Positions 46,725 to 56,266 of a stretch of DNA of 64,000 bases are shown piece after piece. The DNA comes from an uncultured bacterium (GTDB lineage Bacteria > Planctomycetota > UBA1135 > GCA-002686595), in contig CALSNU010000004.1 of the NCBI GenBank assembly GCA_943787795.1, forward strand, positions 731,345 to 795,344. Direction: 5' to 3'. Position numbers and translations under genes: made by a program. The notes under the pieces were generated by a model. It was not told the origin of the DNA. It searched no databases and saw nothing but the letters and a program-made list of their open reading frames with translations. Each line of letters starts with the position of its first letter. Position 1 is the stretch's first letter.

Positions 46725-48959
46725 ATGCGCACACTGCTCAGCCAGTTCTGCGAGGCCTTCGACGCCACGGTCCGACCCCTCCTCCAGCCCATCAGCGAGG
46801 CCAACGCCGCGCTGACCGAGGCCGAGGGAGATCTCGGGATCCCCGAGGTTCGAGCCGACCTCCTCGACCTTCAACATCGCATCCAGGGCCTCGTCGACAA
46901 GGTCGCTGAGCAGCAGGCGTATGTCCTCCTGTTCGGGCCCCTGAAGAGCGGTAAGTCCACGCTGATGAACGCCCTCGCGGGCACCTACGTCAGCGAGGTC
47001 TCGAGCCTCCCCGCCTACCCGTGCATGGTGTACCTCTCCCATGCCGAGGAGCGCGTGTTCTACGTCTCGCGCTACAGCGGCGAGATGGAGCGCTTCACCG
47101 ACCCCGCGGCCCTCTACGGGCACGTCAACGGCGCCCACGAGGAGCTGGCCACAAAGCTCCGCGCTTCCGAAGCGGCAGAGATCGAGTTCGACCCCTCAAG
47201 GCACTTCCAGGACGCCATCCGGAAGGTAGACGTGCGCCTGCCCGCAGGCGACCTCGCCCAGTCCGGCGCCGTGCTCGTGGACACGCCTGGCCTCTACAGC
47301 CGGATGAAGTTCGGCTACGACCGCATGACCAAGGAGTTCCGTGACTCCGCGTCCTGCGCCATCTTCGTGGTGAAGTCCGACAACCTGTTCCTCGAGCAGG
47401 TGTTCGAGGAGTTCGAGGATCTGCTCGAGCTCTTCAGTCGGATCTTCCTGGTGGTCAACCTCGACACCACCAAGAGCGACCTCTCCCCCGACGGCAGCCT
47501 CGTGCCCAGCCTCGAACAGGAAGACCCGCTCCGGATCATCGACGCCTTCGAGAACCTCGCCATGAGCGCGCCCCTGAAGCGCGCTGCCGACGACGGTCGA
47601 CTGAAGATCTACCCCGTGGACCTCCTCCGCGCCGCCAGCCACCGACTCAGCGAGTCCTCCACCGACTCACCGGAGGTCCCCGTCCGCGGTCAGGCGAACT
47701 TCGACGCCTTCCTCGAGGACCTGACCGAGTACCTCAACAGCACGGACTACCTGGTGGCGTTCCTTGGGGACAGCCTCAGGCGCGCCTCCTGCCTCCTCGG
47801 GGACGTCGAGGAAGTGTGCAGCCACGATTCGATCACCGCCCTGCGGGATCACGCGGACGCCCTCGACGCACAGCGCCAGGAGCTGCAGCGACGCCGCCAC
47901 GCGGTCCACAGGCTCGGCGCCTTCGACTGGCGCAGCGCGTTCCAGGAGCTTGACGAGAAGCTCGCTCCCTCGATCCGCGAGCGCGCGACCATCGCCAGCA
48001 AGGCCACCGAGAAGGAACTCGACCGGCTGGTGAACCAGTGGTTCCTCTCCGACGCCAGCTTCGAGTCCCTGATCCATGACGACCTGATTCCCAGGCTCGC
48101 GGGCTTCGAGGCCGAGCTGACCGGTTTCGTGGCCGAGACCCTCGAAGACGAGGTTCAGCCCGGGACGGCGGGCCTGCTGCTGCCCAGCAACACCGGCGCG
48201 GACCTACACGCGGCGGGCATCGACCTGGGCGAGCTCGGCCTCGAGTCCCTGGGCGCCATGAGCAAGGACTCGGCCCTCGGCCACGTCACGACGCCTGTGG
48301 CCGTTGGCCGAATCCCGGTCAAGCGCAGCTTGCTGGACTGGCTCCTGCTCCGCTCGCAGGCCAGGTGCCGCGAGCGCCTCTTCGGTAACGAGTCCAACCC
48401 CGCCGCGCGGATCCCTGTCGACCGCAAGGCCCGCCGCCTCGGTGAGGACGGCCGGCGGACCATCCTGCGGGAGCTCGACCTCTTCAAGAGTCGCTTCTTC
48501 GTCGAGACCATCCAGCGCGCTCACCGCCACCTCGTGTCGCGCTATGCGGACTTCGCCGTGGACGCCATGGCGGAGCGGCTCGAGGCTCGCGAAGAGGCCA
48601 TCGGGGTCCGCCTTCAGGACCTCGTGGATTCGCTCATGGAGCGCCGCAAGGTGCTCAGCCACATCGCGTCCCTGCAAGCACGCGCCCGCGAGGTCCGCGG
48701 CGGCGTCGACGAGTTGACCGCCGCTTACGGCCAGACCGAACCCGAGAAGCTCATCCAGCCGGTCCCCTCCGGCGGCCTCCCGAGCGCTCCCCAGATCGAG
48801 GGCGGGGTCACATCGATCCCCCTGCCTGCGGCCCTGAATGCGGCCGTCTCGGATTCGAAGGACGAGGCTGAGCCCCCCGCCCCCAAGCTGATGGAGATTC
48901 CTCCGGTGCCGATGCCGGAGGATGACCGGATCGGGGAAGACGAGCTCTCGACCAGCTGA
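46725..48959 (+). CDS. Dynamin-like GTPase family protein
   Basis: GPLKSGKSTLMNAL (G1), LVDTPGL (G3), FLVVNLD (G4-like); long helical C-terminal region. Confidence 0.82.
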   Translation: MRTLLSQFCEAFDATVRPLLQPISEANAALTEAEGDLGIPEVRADLLDLQHRIQGLVDKVAEQQAYVLLFGPLKSGKSTLMNALAGTYVSEVSSLPAYPCMVYLSHAEERVFYVSRYSGEMERFTDPAALYGHVNGAHEELATKLRASEAAEIEFDPSRHFQDAIRKVDVRLPAGDLAQSGAVLVDTPGLYSRMKFGYDRMTKEFRDSASCAIFVVKSDNLFLEQVFEEFEDLLELFSRIFLVVNLDTTKSDLSPDGSLVPSLEQEDPLRIIDAFENLAMSAPLKRAADDGRLKIYPVDLLRAASHRLSESSTDSPEVPVRGQANFDAFLEDLTEYLNSTDYLVAFLGDSLRRASCLLGDVEEVCSHDSITALRDHADALDAQRQELQRRRHAVHRLGAFDWRSAFQELDEKLAPSIRERATIASKATEKELDRLVNQWFLSDASFESLIHDDLIPRLAGFEAELTGFVAETLEDEVQPGTAGLLLPSNTGADLHAAGIDLGELGLESLGAMSKDSALGHVTTPVAVGRIPVKRSLLDWLLLRSQARCRERLFGNESNPAARIPVDRKARRLGEDGRRTILRELDLFKSRFFVETIQRAHRHLVSRYADFAVDAMAERLEAREEAIGVRLQDLVDSLMERRKVLSHIASLQARAREVRGGVDELTAAYGQTEPEKLIQPVPSGGLPSAPQIEGGVTSIPLPAALNAAVSDSKDEAEPPAPKLMEIPPVPMPEDDRIGEDELSTS

Positions 48960-49177
48960 GGTGCGGCCCGGCCGACCGCCAACCGGCAACCGGCGAGGGG
49001 CCAGGACACGGCGGCGTGACTCCAGAATCACGGAACGGCGCGGAACGGGGGCGGCTCACCCTGCGGGGTGGTCGCCGCCGTTCGTCCGGGGACCTTCGCA
49101 CGAGGACAGGCCACCCGCTCGAACGCGGCTCTGCGCTCACGTTCGCGGCCCGCGCCGCCGCCCGGCGCGACCCCTCC

Positions 49178-49237
49178 GTCCGCGACTACTGGGTCCGCGA
49201 CTGCTGGGTCCGCAACTACTGGGTCCGCAACTACTGG
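49178..49237. repeat. 4 x 15-bp tandem repeat (GTCCGCRACTRCTGG)
   Basis: Units at 49178, 49193, 49208, 49223. Confidence 0.9.
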
Positions 49238-49413
49238 GAGGGCGTCCCGCCGGTCACGAAGACAGGCGGGCCGACCGGCTCGGGATCGGGCGCTCGCTCG
49301 TCGTCTCCTCGCTGCACGGAGACCGCGAAGAGGGTGATCACCGAGGCAGTGATCGCCACGAGTAGCACGCTCAGGAGCGTGCGGTGCTGGAGGGCGGGGA
49401 AGATGGATCGCAT
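49231..49413 (-). CDS. Small single-TM protein (60 aa)
   Basis: MRSIFPALQHRTLLSVLLVAITASVITLFAV hydrophobic helix; follows the ATPase gene. Confidence 0.45.
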   Translation of the reverse strand: MRSIFPALQHRTLLSVLLVAITASVITLFAVSVQRGDDERAPDPEPVGPPVFVTGGTPSQ

Positions 49414-49500
49414 GGCTGCCGGGCCGGGGTATTTTCCTCTGCGGCATTGGCTTCTGCTTCAAAAACCGCAGGAAGTGCGCTCCGGTGGCGACCCCCGCTC

Positions 49501-51009
49501 TCAGTTCAGCGCTCGCCTGAGACCGCGGGCGCGATCCAACCAGCTGGCGCGCAGGAGATCGAACCGGCGTCGCGGCACGCGCCACTCGGGGCTGTCCCCG
49601 TCGAGGTCATCCCCAAGGTCTCGAGCGTGCTCCGCCAACACCGCCCCGAGGAAGCCAAAGGCAAGGCGGGGCGTCCCGAGCTCGGCGAGCGTTCCGCGGA
49701 GCTCGTCCTCCGTGATCTCCGCATCGAAGTAGTCCCGGAGGCTGGCGCCTGGCGAGTCGACCGATGCGCGCACGTCCCGGACCGCGACCAGCCGCTGGGT
49801 TGCGACCTGGGCGAGCTCCTGCCCGGTCCAGCGCAGCTCGGGAATCGTGTTCGCCTTGTCCAGCCGCATGTTCTTCAGCTCCTCGGGCGAAGCGCCGAGG
49901 TAGAGCCGACTGAGCTCGATGGGGAGGAACAGCTTGAGGGCGAGCCCTTCGAACTGAAGCAGCCGGTGCTCCAGCAGCGGCTCGACAAACGGGCGCATGA
50001 GCTCGGCCCGGCCCGAGAGCATGGTGGCCTCGTCCACGCGGTCCATCAGCACGTAGAAGCTGTCCTTACCCAGCTCGCGCAGGATGGCCACGAAGCGCTG
50101 CAGGAGAACGAGGCGTGACCCGACCGAGCTCCCGTCCGGCAGGGCGAGGTCACGGCGGGTGCTCGGGGGGACGAGCTGCAAGAGACGTGCGAGGGGCTCG
50201 GGGTCCCGGGGGACGACCCGGATCGCGCGGATGGCGGCGCTCGCGCGGCTACGGAGCCAGAAGCGGCGACCGGCGGCCCAAACGCCAGCCGCACCGAGGA
50301 GCGCGAACCCGAGCGCGGTCTGGGTGTCGACCGACGGTCGAGGGACCGCGCCCAGCTCGAGGGGGAGGTCGAAGTGCGCATCGACCAGAAAGAGCGCGCC
50401 GACGAGCGCCAGGAGCAGGATCACCGCGCGCCGCGCGAAGGCCAGCGGCCGGCGCGCACGGATCGCGCGTCGCAGGGCGCCCTGCAGCTCAACGCCCGAG
50501 TGCTCATCGCTCCGCGAGAAGAGCGCCGCGAGGGTCAGCAGGGTCGCCTTCTGCTTGGGGACCAGCCCGCGTACGCCGGGGTGGGCCCCCTCGACGATCT
50601 CGTGACTCAGCTGAGACACCCCGAGGCTCAGGATCCCGTCCAGATGGTCGGCGAGCCCGAAGCGCTCCACCACTCGCCGCGGGGTCTTCGCCCCATGCGG
50701 GGGGAGTCGATCCGCCTTGCGCGCCTCGTTCAGGAAGGCGTCGAACTCCGTGTACTCCACGACGAAGGCCCCTGAATCACCCCCCTCCAGCCGCCTGCGC
50801 ATGGCCAGCCGAAGGCCGCTCTTGCCGCTGCCCTTCTCACCAAAGACCACGCCAGGGCCGGGCATCCGGGGGTCTCCGAAGAGCCGGTCAAAGGACGAGT
50901 GCACGGCCTCGGGCGGGACCCTGGGGAGGACCGGGTCCTTGTCGGCGTCTTGCTGGACGAAGGGGTCCTCTTCGAGGCCCCAGTGGTGGCGCCAGGTCTG
51001 CGTGAACAT
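49501..51009 (-). CDS. P-loop NTPase with two TM helices inserted between Walker A and B
   Basis: GEKGSGKS; YVLMDRVDE; TM segments VILLLALVGALFLV and LGFALLGAAGVWA. Confidence 0.75.
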   Translation of the reverse strand: MFTQTWRHHWGLEEDPFVQQDADKDPVLPRVPPEAVHSSFDRLFGDPRMPGPGVVFGEKGSGKSGLRLAMRRRLEGGDSGAFVVEYTEFDAFLNEARKADRLPPHGAKTPRRVVERFGLADHLDGILSLGVSQLSHEIVEGAHPGVRGLVPKQKATLLTLAALFSRSDEHSGVELQGALRRAIRARRPLAFARRAVILLLALVGALFLVDAHFDLPLELGAVPRPSVDTQTALGFALLGAAGVWAAGRRFWLRSRASAAIRAIRVVPRDPEPLARLLQLVPPSTRRDLALPDGSSVGSRLVLLQRFVAILRELGKDSFYVLMDRVDEATMLSGRAELMRPFVEPLLEHRLLQFEGLALKLFLPIELSRLYLGASPEELKNMRLDKANTIPELRWTGQELAQVATQRLVAVRDVRASVDSPGASLRDYFDAEITEDELRGTLAELGTPRLAFGFLGAVLAEHARDLGDDLDGDSPEWRVPRRRFDLLRASWLDRARGLRRALN

Positions 51010-51132
51010 GAGCGGAGCGGAGGTCCGGGGGTGGAAGCGGAGTGGGTCCGGACCCGGGGATCATAGGACCGGGCCCGAGCTTGCTCCCGTGAGCGCTCCG
51101 GGGAATCGAGAGGGGTGCCGCGCTCGGCCCGC

Positions 51133-51987
51133 TCAGAGAGCCCCGATGGCGGGGATCGCAGCCTCGAGCAGGCGGGCAAAGTCGCCCGCGATCTGCTTGC
51201 CGGCCTCGACCACCTCCTCGTGGTGGAGCGGAGCGACGGCGATCCCCGCCGCCGGGTTCGTGATGCACGACACCGCCCCGACCCGCAGCCCGGCGCCCGC
51301 CGCCGCCTTGGCCTCCAGTACGGTGCTCATGCCCACCGCCTGGGCCCCCGCTCGATCGAGCATCCGGATCTCCGCGGCCGTCTCGTAGGTCGGCCCCGCC
51401 AATCCAGCGTAGACGCCCTCTCTCAGGTCGATGTCCTGGGCGTCCCCGGCGGCCGCGAGCGCCCGCCCCACCTCCTCGTCGTAGACCCGCGCCTGACGGC
51501 CGCGACCATCCATCGGCGGGACGACCCCCTGCATGTTGAGGTGGTCGCGGATTCGCATCAGGCAGGGCACCGGCCAGCCGGGCCCCAGACCGCCCGCCGC
51601 GTTGGTCAGGAGGAGGGACCGGACGCCGAGCGCGGGGAGCGCCCGCACGGCGCGGGTGACCACCTCGGCGCAGTGGCCCTCGTAGAGATGAACGCGTCCC
51701 TGCTGACAGAGGACCTGGACGCCGCCGACCTCGCCGGCCACGAAGCGTCCGGCGTGGCCGGGCACGGTGCTCGACGGCATGGACGGGAGCGCCTCGAAGG
51801 GCACCGCGACCGCGCCCTCGAGGCCGTCGGCGAAGGCCCCGAGCCCCGAGCCCAGGACCAGCGCGAGACGAGGCGGCGCGGCGCCGGCGTCCTCGAGCGC
51901 CCCGGCCAACTCCGCCGCGAGCGCCCCCGCCAGGGCCGCCGCCAGGGCCGCCTGGCGGCCGGGGTCGACGACAGACCGGTCGTTCAC
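51133..51987 (-). CDS. punA: Purine-nucleoside phosphorylase (trimeric type)
   Basis: LVLGSGLG, GRVHLYEG, LTNAAGG, GPTYETAAE, VGMSTV, CITN, HEEV; GTG 51987. Confidence 0.95.
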   Translation of the reverse strand: MNDRSVVDPGRQAALAAALAGALAAELAGALEDAGAAPPRLALVLGSGLGAFADGLEGAVAVPFEALPSMPSSTVPGHAGRFVAGEVGGVQVLCQQGRVHLYEGHCAEVVTRAVRALPALGVRSLLLTNAAGGLGPGWPVPCLMRIRDHLNMQGVVPPMDGRGRQARVYDEEVGRALAAAGDAQDIDLREGVYAGLAGPTYETAAEIRMLDRAGAQAVGMSTVLEAKAAAGAGLRVGAVSCITNPAAGIAVAPLHHEEVVEAGKQIAGDFARLLEAAIPAIGAL

Positions 51988-53297
51988 AGGAACATCCCCG
52001 CGATGGTCGCGGTCATCCAGGAGGCCATGGCGCCGCCGAGCATGGCGCGCAGCGCGAGCCGGCTGAGGTCCCGGCGCCGGCCCTCCGCCAGGGAGCTGAT
52101 GCCGCCGATCTGGATGCCCACCGACGCGAAGTTGGCGAAGCCGCACAGGGCGTAGGCCGCCATGGTGTAGCTGCGGGTGGAGATCTCACCCTGGAGGGCC
52201 TGCATGTCGCTGAAGGCGATGAACTCGTTCACGGCGACCTTGGTGCCCAGAAGGCTGCCGAAGGCGATGCAGTCGCCCCACTCGATGCCCATCATCCAGG
52301 CCACCGGCGCGAAGACGTAGCCGAAGATCCGCTGGAGCGTCATGGGCTCCTCGAGGCCGAGGGGCAGGAGGCCCAGACCAGCGTTGATGAGGCCGACGAT
52401 CGCCACGAAGGCCACGAGCATCGCGACCACGTTGAGGTAGAGCTTCAGGCCGTCGCTGGTGCCCGCCGCCGCGGCATCGAGGACGTTGGCCGGCTGATCC
52501 TCGCCATCCGCCACCTGCTCGGCGCCGCCCGCCGTGAGCGGCGTCTCGGTCTCGGGAACCATGATCTTCGCCAGCACGAACGCCGCAGGGGCGGACATGA
52601 AGCTCGCCGCCAGGAGGTGCCCGGCGAACTCCTCACCGAGCAGGCCGATATAGACCGCCAGCACCGAGCCAGCGATCGTGGCGAAGCCGCCGGTCATGAG
52701 CGCCATAAGCTCAGACCTCGTCATCTTCGCGATGTAAGGGCGGACGACCAGCGGCGCCTCGGTCTGTCCCACGAACACGTTGGCCGCCATGGCGAGGGAT
52801 TCAGCGCCGGAGACCCGGAGCGTGTACCGCATGGCGTTGGCCAACAGCCTGACGAAGAACTGGACGATCCCGAGGTGGTAGAGGATCGCCATCAACGCCG
52901 AGAAGTAGATGATCGTCGTCAGCGCCCCGAAGGCGAAGGAGACGGGCGCGGCGTAGGCCACGGACTCCGAGGGGAGGTGACCGGGGAAGTCCGCGAAGAC
53001 CTGGATCGAGCTCGGTCCTTCCGAGGCGGAGGGGTCGACCCCGAAGCCGGTGAGGATCGGACCAAAGACCATCCGCGCGCCCTCTTGCCCGAAGCTCAGG
53101 ACCGAGGTGGCGATGATCGACAGCCTGTCGAGCACCGCGCGGCCAGGCACGGTCTTGAGGATCAGCAGAGCGAGGCCGATCTGCAGCCCGATGCCTCCGA
53201 GGACGACCCGCAGGTTGACCCGCCGGCGGTCCGAAGAGAGGGCCCAGGCCACAGCGCAGAAGAAGGCGAGACCGAGGAGGGCGCGGAGGATGGTCAT
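51984..53297 (-). CDS. nupC: Concentrative nucleoside transporter (CNT, NupC family)
   Basis: NVFVGQTEAPL, GGFATIAGSV, NEFIAF, YALCGFANFASVGIQIGG; ATG 53297. Confidence 0.95.
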   Translation of the reverse strand: MTILRALLGLAFFCAVAWALSSDRRRVNLRVVLGGIGLQIGLALLILKTVPGRAVLDRLSIIATSVLSFGQEGARMVFGPILTGFGVDPSASEGPSSIQVFADFPGHLPSESVAYAAPVSFAFGALTTIIYFSALMAILYHLGIVQFFVRLLANAMRYTLRVSGAESLAMAANVFVGQTEAPLVVRPYIAKMTRSELMALMTGGFATIAGSVLAVYIGLLGEEFAGHLLAASFMSAPAAFVLAKIMVPETETPLTAGGAEQVADGEDQPANVLDAAAAGTSDGLKLYLNVVAMLVAFVAIVGLINAGLGLLPLGLEEPMTLQRIFGYVFAPVAWMMGIEWGDCIAFGSLLGTKVAVNEFIAFSDMQALQGEISTRSYTMAAYALCGFANFASVGIQIGGISSLAEGRRRDLSRLALRAMLGGAMASWMTATIAGMFL

Positions 53298-54622
53298 GGG
53301 CGGGTCATGGGCCTTGGGAGCACGCGCTCCAGGACGAGCGGCTGTAGGGGGGGAGCTTCGGGCTCGAGGGAGATCCCCCGGCCAAGCAGGCGCAGGCATT
53401 CCTCGAGCCCGGTACCTGCGCGGTGATGGATCGTCGCGATCGCTTCACCGGACCGAACCCGTTCACCGCGGAACTTGTGAGAGACGATACCGACCGCGTG
53501 GTCGATCTGATCCATCGCCTTGTTCCGCCCCCCGCCCAGGGCCGCCACGGCGAGCCCCACGTCGCGGAGGTCGTGGATGGTCAGGTATCCGTCCCGGGGT
53601 GCGGTCCACTCGGCGAGGTCTGGCGCCTGCTCGAGCGGCGCGCGGGGGTCCAGGGCGCCCTGGGCCGCGATCATGCGCTCGAACCGGTCCATGGCCGAGC
53701 CGTCCTCGAGCACCTTGGAGATGGCCGCGCGGCCCGCCGCCTCGTCCGGCGTGACCCCAGCTGCCGCCAACAGGTCGCCCCCGAAGAGGGTCACGAGCTC
53801 CACCAGGTCCGCGGGCCCCTCCCCCCTCAGCACGGCGACCGACTCCTCGATCTCGAGGGTGTGGCCGATACTCAGCCCCAGGGGCTGCCCCATCCGCGTG
53901 AGCCGGGCCGAGGTGTGGACGCCCGCCGCGCTGGCGAGGTTGACCATCGTCTGGGCCACCGCCCGGGCCTCGTCCTCCTCGATGAGGAAAGACCCCGTAC
54001 CGACCTTCACGTCGAGGACGAGGGCGTGGATGTCCTCGGCCACCTTCTTGGACACGATTGAGCTGGAGATCAGGGGCAACGACTCCACCAGCTCCACCCG
54101 GTCACGCAGCGCGTAGAGCACGCGGTCCGCCGGCGCGATCGATTCGGTCTGGGCGCAGATCACACACCCCGCGGCCTCGAGCACCCGGCGGATCTCCGCC
54201 TCGTCGAGGTCCGTCCGGACGCCGGGGATGGCCTCGAGCTTGTCCAGCGTGCCCCCGGTGTGTCCGAGGCCTCGACCCGAGATCATGGGAACGATGCAGC
54301 CGGCAGCGGCGAGCGCCGGTGCGAGCGGCAAGGAGACCTTGTCCCCCACCCCCCCCGTGGAGTGCTTGTCCACCCGGGGCTGCTCGAAGCCCGCCAGGTC
54401 CAGGACGTCACCGGAGGCGACCATGCCCCGCGTCCACCCCTCGAGCTCGCCCATCTCCATTCCGTGGAAGAAGATGGAGGACAGGAGGGCCGCCTGCTCG
54501 GCCTCACCGATCCTGCCGAGCGCGACCTCCTTCAGGAACCAGTGGGCGTCCTCCTCCTTGAGCACGCCGCCGTCCCGCTTCGTACGCAGGAGCTCCCGGA
54601 GCCGAAAGGGCGCGGCGCTCAA
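53294..54622 (-). CDS. pdp: Thymidine/pyrimidine-nucleoside phosphorylase
   Basis: DKHSTGGVGDK, MISGRGLGHTGGTLDKLE, SSIVSKK, LDVKVG. Confidence 0.95.
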   Translation of the reverse strand: MSAAPFRLRELLRTKRDGGVLKEEDAHWFLKEVALGRIGEAEQAALLSSIFFHGMEMGELEGWTRGMVASGDVLDLAGFEQPRVDKHSTGGVGDKVSLPLAPALAAAGCIVPMISGRGLGHTGGTLDKLEAIPGVRTDLDEAEIRRVLEAAGCVICAQTESIAPADRVLYALRDRVELVESLPLISSSIVSKKVAEDIHALVLDVKVGTGSFLIEEDEARAVAQTMVNLASAAGVHTSARLTRMGQPLGLSIGHTLEIEESVAVLRGEGPADLVELVTLFGGDLLAAAGVTPDEAAGRAAISKVLEDGSAMDRFERMIAAQGALDPRAPLEQAPDLAEWTAPRDGYLTIHDLRDVGLAVAALGGGRNKAMDQIDHAVGIVSHKFRGERVRSGEAIATIHHRAGTGLEECLRLLGRGISLEPEAPPLQPLVLERVLPRPMTRP

Positions 54623-55875
54623 GCTTCACCCGCTCTGGGGAGGATCTCCTCGAGGAATGAGGAGCCCGCGCCGTCATGGGGAACACCGAAGGCGGCTGCG
54701 ACCGTGGCGCCGATGTCTGCGAAGGTCGCGCGGGTGCCGAGCGGAGCCCCGCGCTGGACACGATCTCCGTAGACCAGCAGCGGGACGAACTCGCGAGTGT
54801 GGTCTGTGTGGTCGCCGTTGGTCGGATCGTTCCCGTGGTCCGCCGTGAGGATGAAGAGGTCGTCCGCCCGACGGTGCCCTTCGACCTCCACGAGGGCTCG
54901 GTCGAAGGCCTCGATGGCGCGGCGGTAGCCGGCGGGGTCCCGCCGGTGTCCGAAGAGCATGTCGAAGTCCACGAGGTTCAGGAACACGAGGCCATGGTCG
55001 AGGTCGCGCGCGAGGCTCCCGGTCTGGACCATGCCGTCCTCGTTCCCCTTCGTATGGACCGCTCGGGTCAGCCCGTGCCCCGCGAAGATATCCTCGATCT
55101 TCCCGACGCCGACCACCGGCACGCCGGCCGCCTTGAGGCCGTCGAGGACCGTCGGGTTCGGGGGAGTGAGTGAGAAGTCCCGTCGGTTGTAGGTCCGCTC
55201 GTAGCGATGGACCGAGCCAGGGGCCGCGTCCACAAACGGCCGCGCGATGACCCGTGCGAGGCCCCGATCCAGGGTCAACTCCCGCGCGACCTCGCAGACA
55301 GCGAGCAGGCGCTCAAGCCCGAAGGAGCCCTCATGCGCCGCGATCTGGAGGACGGAGTCGGCGCTCGTGTAGACGATGAGCTTGCCCGTCTCGACGTGCT
55401 CCGGCCCGTACTGTTCGATGACCGCCGTCCCCGAAGCCGGTGCGTTACACAGCCAGCCCGAGACACCGGTTCTCTCGGCGATCGCGGCCAGCAGCTCTTC
55501 GTCGAAGCCGTCGGGGAAGGTCGGGAAGGCTCGCTCCAGCGGAACGCCGGCCATCTCCCAGTGCCCGGTGGTGGTGTCCTTGCCAGCGCTCGCCTCGCTC
55601 ATCTTCCCGAAGGCCGCCTCAGGCGACTCCGTCGCAGGAAACGCGTGGACGCCCTCAATGTTCCCGAGGCCGAGCGCGCGCAGCCGCGGCGCGTCCGGAA
55701 CGCCGGCCGCCTCGCAGATGTGATCGAGGGTGTGCGCGCCAGCGTCACCGAAGTCCGGCGCGTCCGGCATGGCCCCGACTCCGAGCGAGTCGAGGACGAG
55801 CAGGAAGATCCGGCGCGAGCCGCCATCGGCGGCCTCCACGCTCGACCCGGCGCTGGAGAGTTCGCGGTCGATCAC
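54619..55875 (-). CDS. deoB: Phosphopentomutase
   Basis: VLDSLGVG, GKDTTTGHWE, YTSADSV, RVIARPF, NLVDFDMLFGHRRD, TADHGNDP, DHTRE. Confidence 0.96.
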   Translation of the reverse strand: MIDRELSSAGSSVEAADGGSRRIFLLVLDSLGVGAMPDAPDFGDAGAHTLDHICEAAGVPDAPRLRALGLGNIEGVHAFPATESPEAAFGKMSEASAGKDTTTGHWEMAGVPLERAFPTFPDGFDEELLAAIAERTGVSGWLCNAPASGTAVIEQYGPEHVETGKLIVYTSADSVLQIAAHEGSFGLERLLAVCEVARELTLDRGLARVIARPFVDAAPGSVHRYERTYNRRDFSLTPPNPTVLDGLKAAGVPVVGVGKIEDIFAGHGLTRAVHTKGNEDGMVQTGSLARDLDHGLVFLNLVDFDMLFGHRRDPAGYRRAIEAFDRALVEVEGHRRADDLFILTADHGNDPTNGDHTDHTREFVPLLVYGDRVQRGAPLGTRATFADIGATVAAAFGVPHDGAGSSFLEEILPRAGEA

Positions 55876-56111
55876 TCGCCGCCGCCCGCGGCCTCGACCC
55901 CTTGCGCGATGAGCTTCTCGATCTGCTCTTCCATCTCATCGACCCACTCCTCGCCGAAGTCGCGCTCCAACAGGTCGCGCTCGCTGAACTCCCAGCGACC
56001 GGAGCTGGGGTCAAAGTCGAACTGGTAATCGTGCTCGCTGCCGTCGTCCTCCGTGACGACGACCTGGACGATGTGGCTTTCGGAGTCGAGCTCGGCTGCG
56101 AACGAGGCCAT
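55872..56111 (-). CDS. Small highly acidic hypothetical protein (79 aa)
   Basis: ATG 56111; stop overlaps deoB GTG start; 24 D/E versus 4 K/R. Confidence 0.7.
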   Translation of the reverse strand: MASFAAELDSESHIVQVVVTEDDGSEHDYQFDFDPSSGRWEFSERDLLERDFGEEWVDEMEEQIEKLIAQGVEAAGGGE

Positions 56112-56266
56112 GGGTGGAATGCCCCGGTGGAGAGGGACAGGAGAGGCTGATGGTGAATGGAGTGGGGCCCACAAAATGGCCCTGTCGGACCACCGCTCGC
56201 CCCGGCGAAGAATAGGAGTCGACCGAGATCGTGCAACCGCGGAGCAGGGCGAAGTGCGCGCGCTGC

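Noticed and set aside
49028..49585. 185-aa ORF with VVADP repeats, or a frameshifted extension of the 60-aa TM ORF
   Set aside because: The repeat peptide just reflects the DNA minisatellite; flanks are Arg/Pro-rich and no indel evidence is visible
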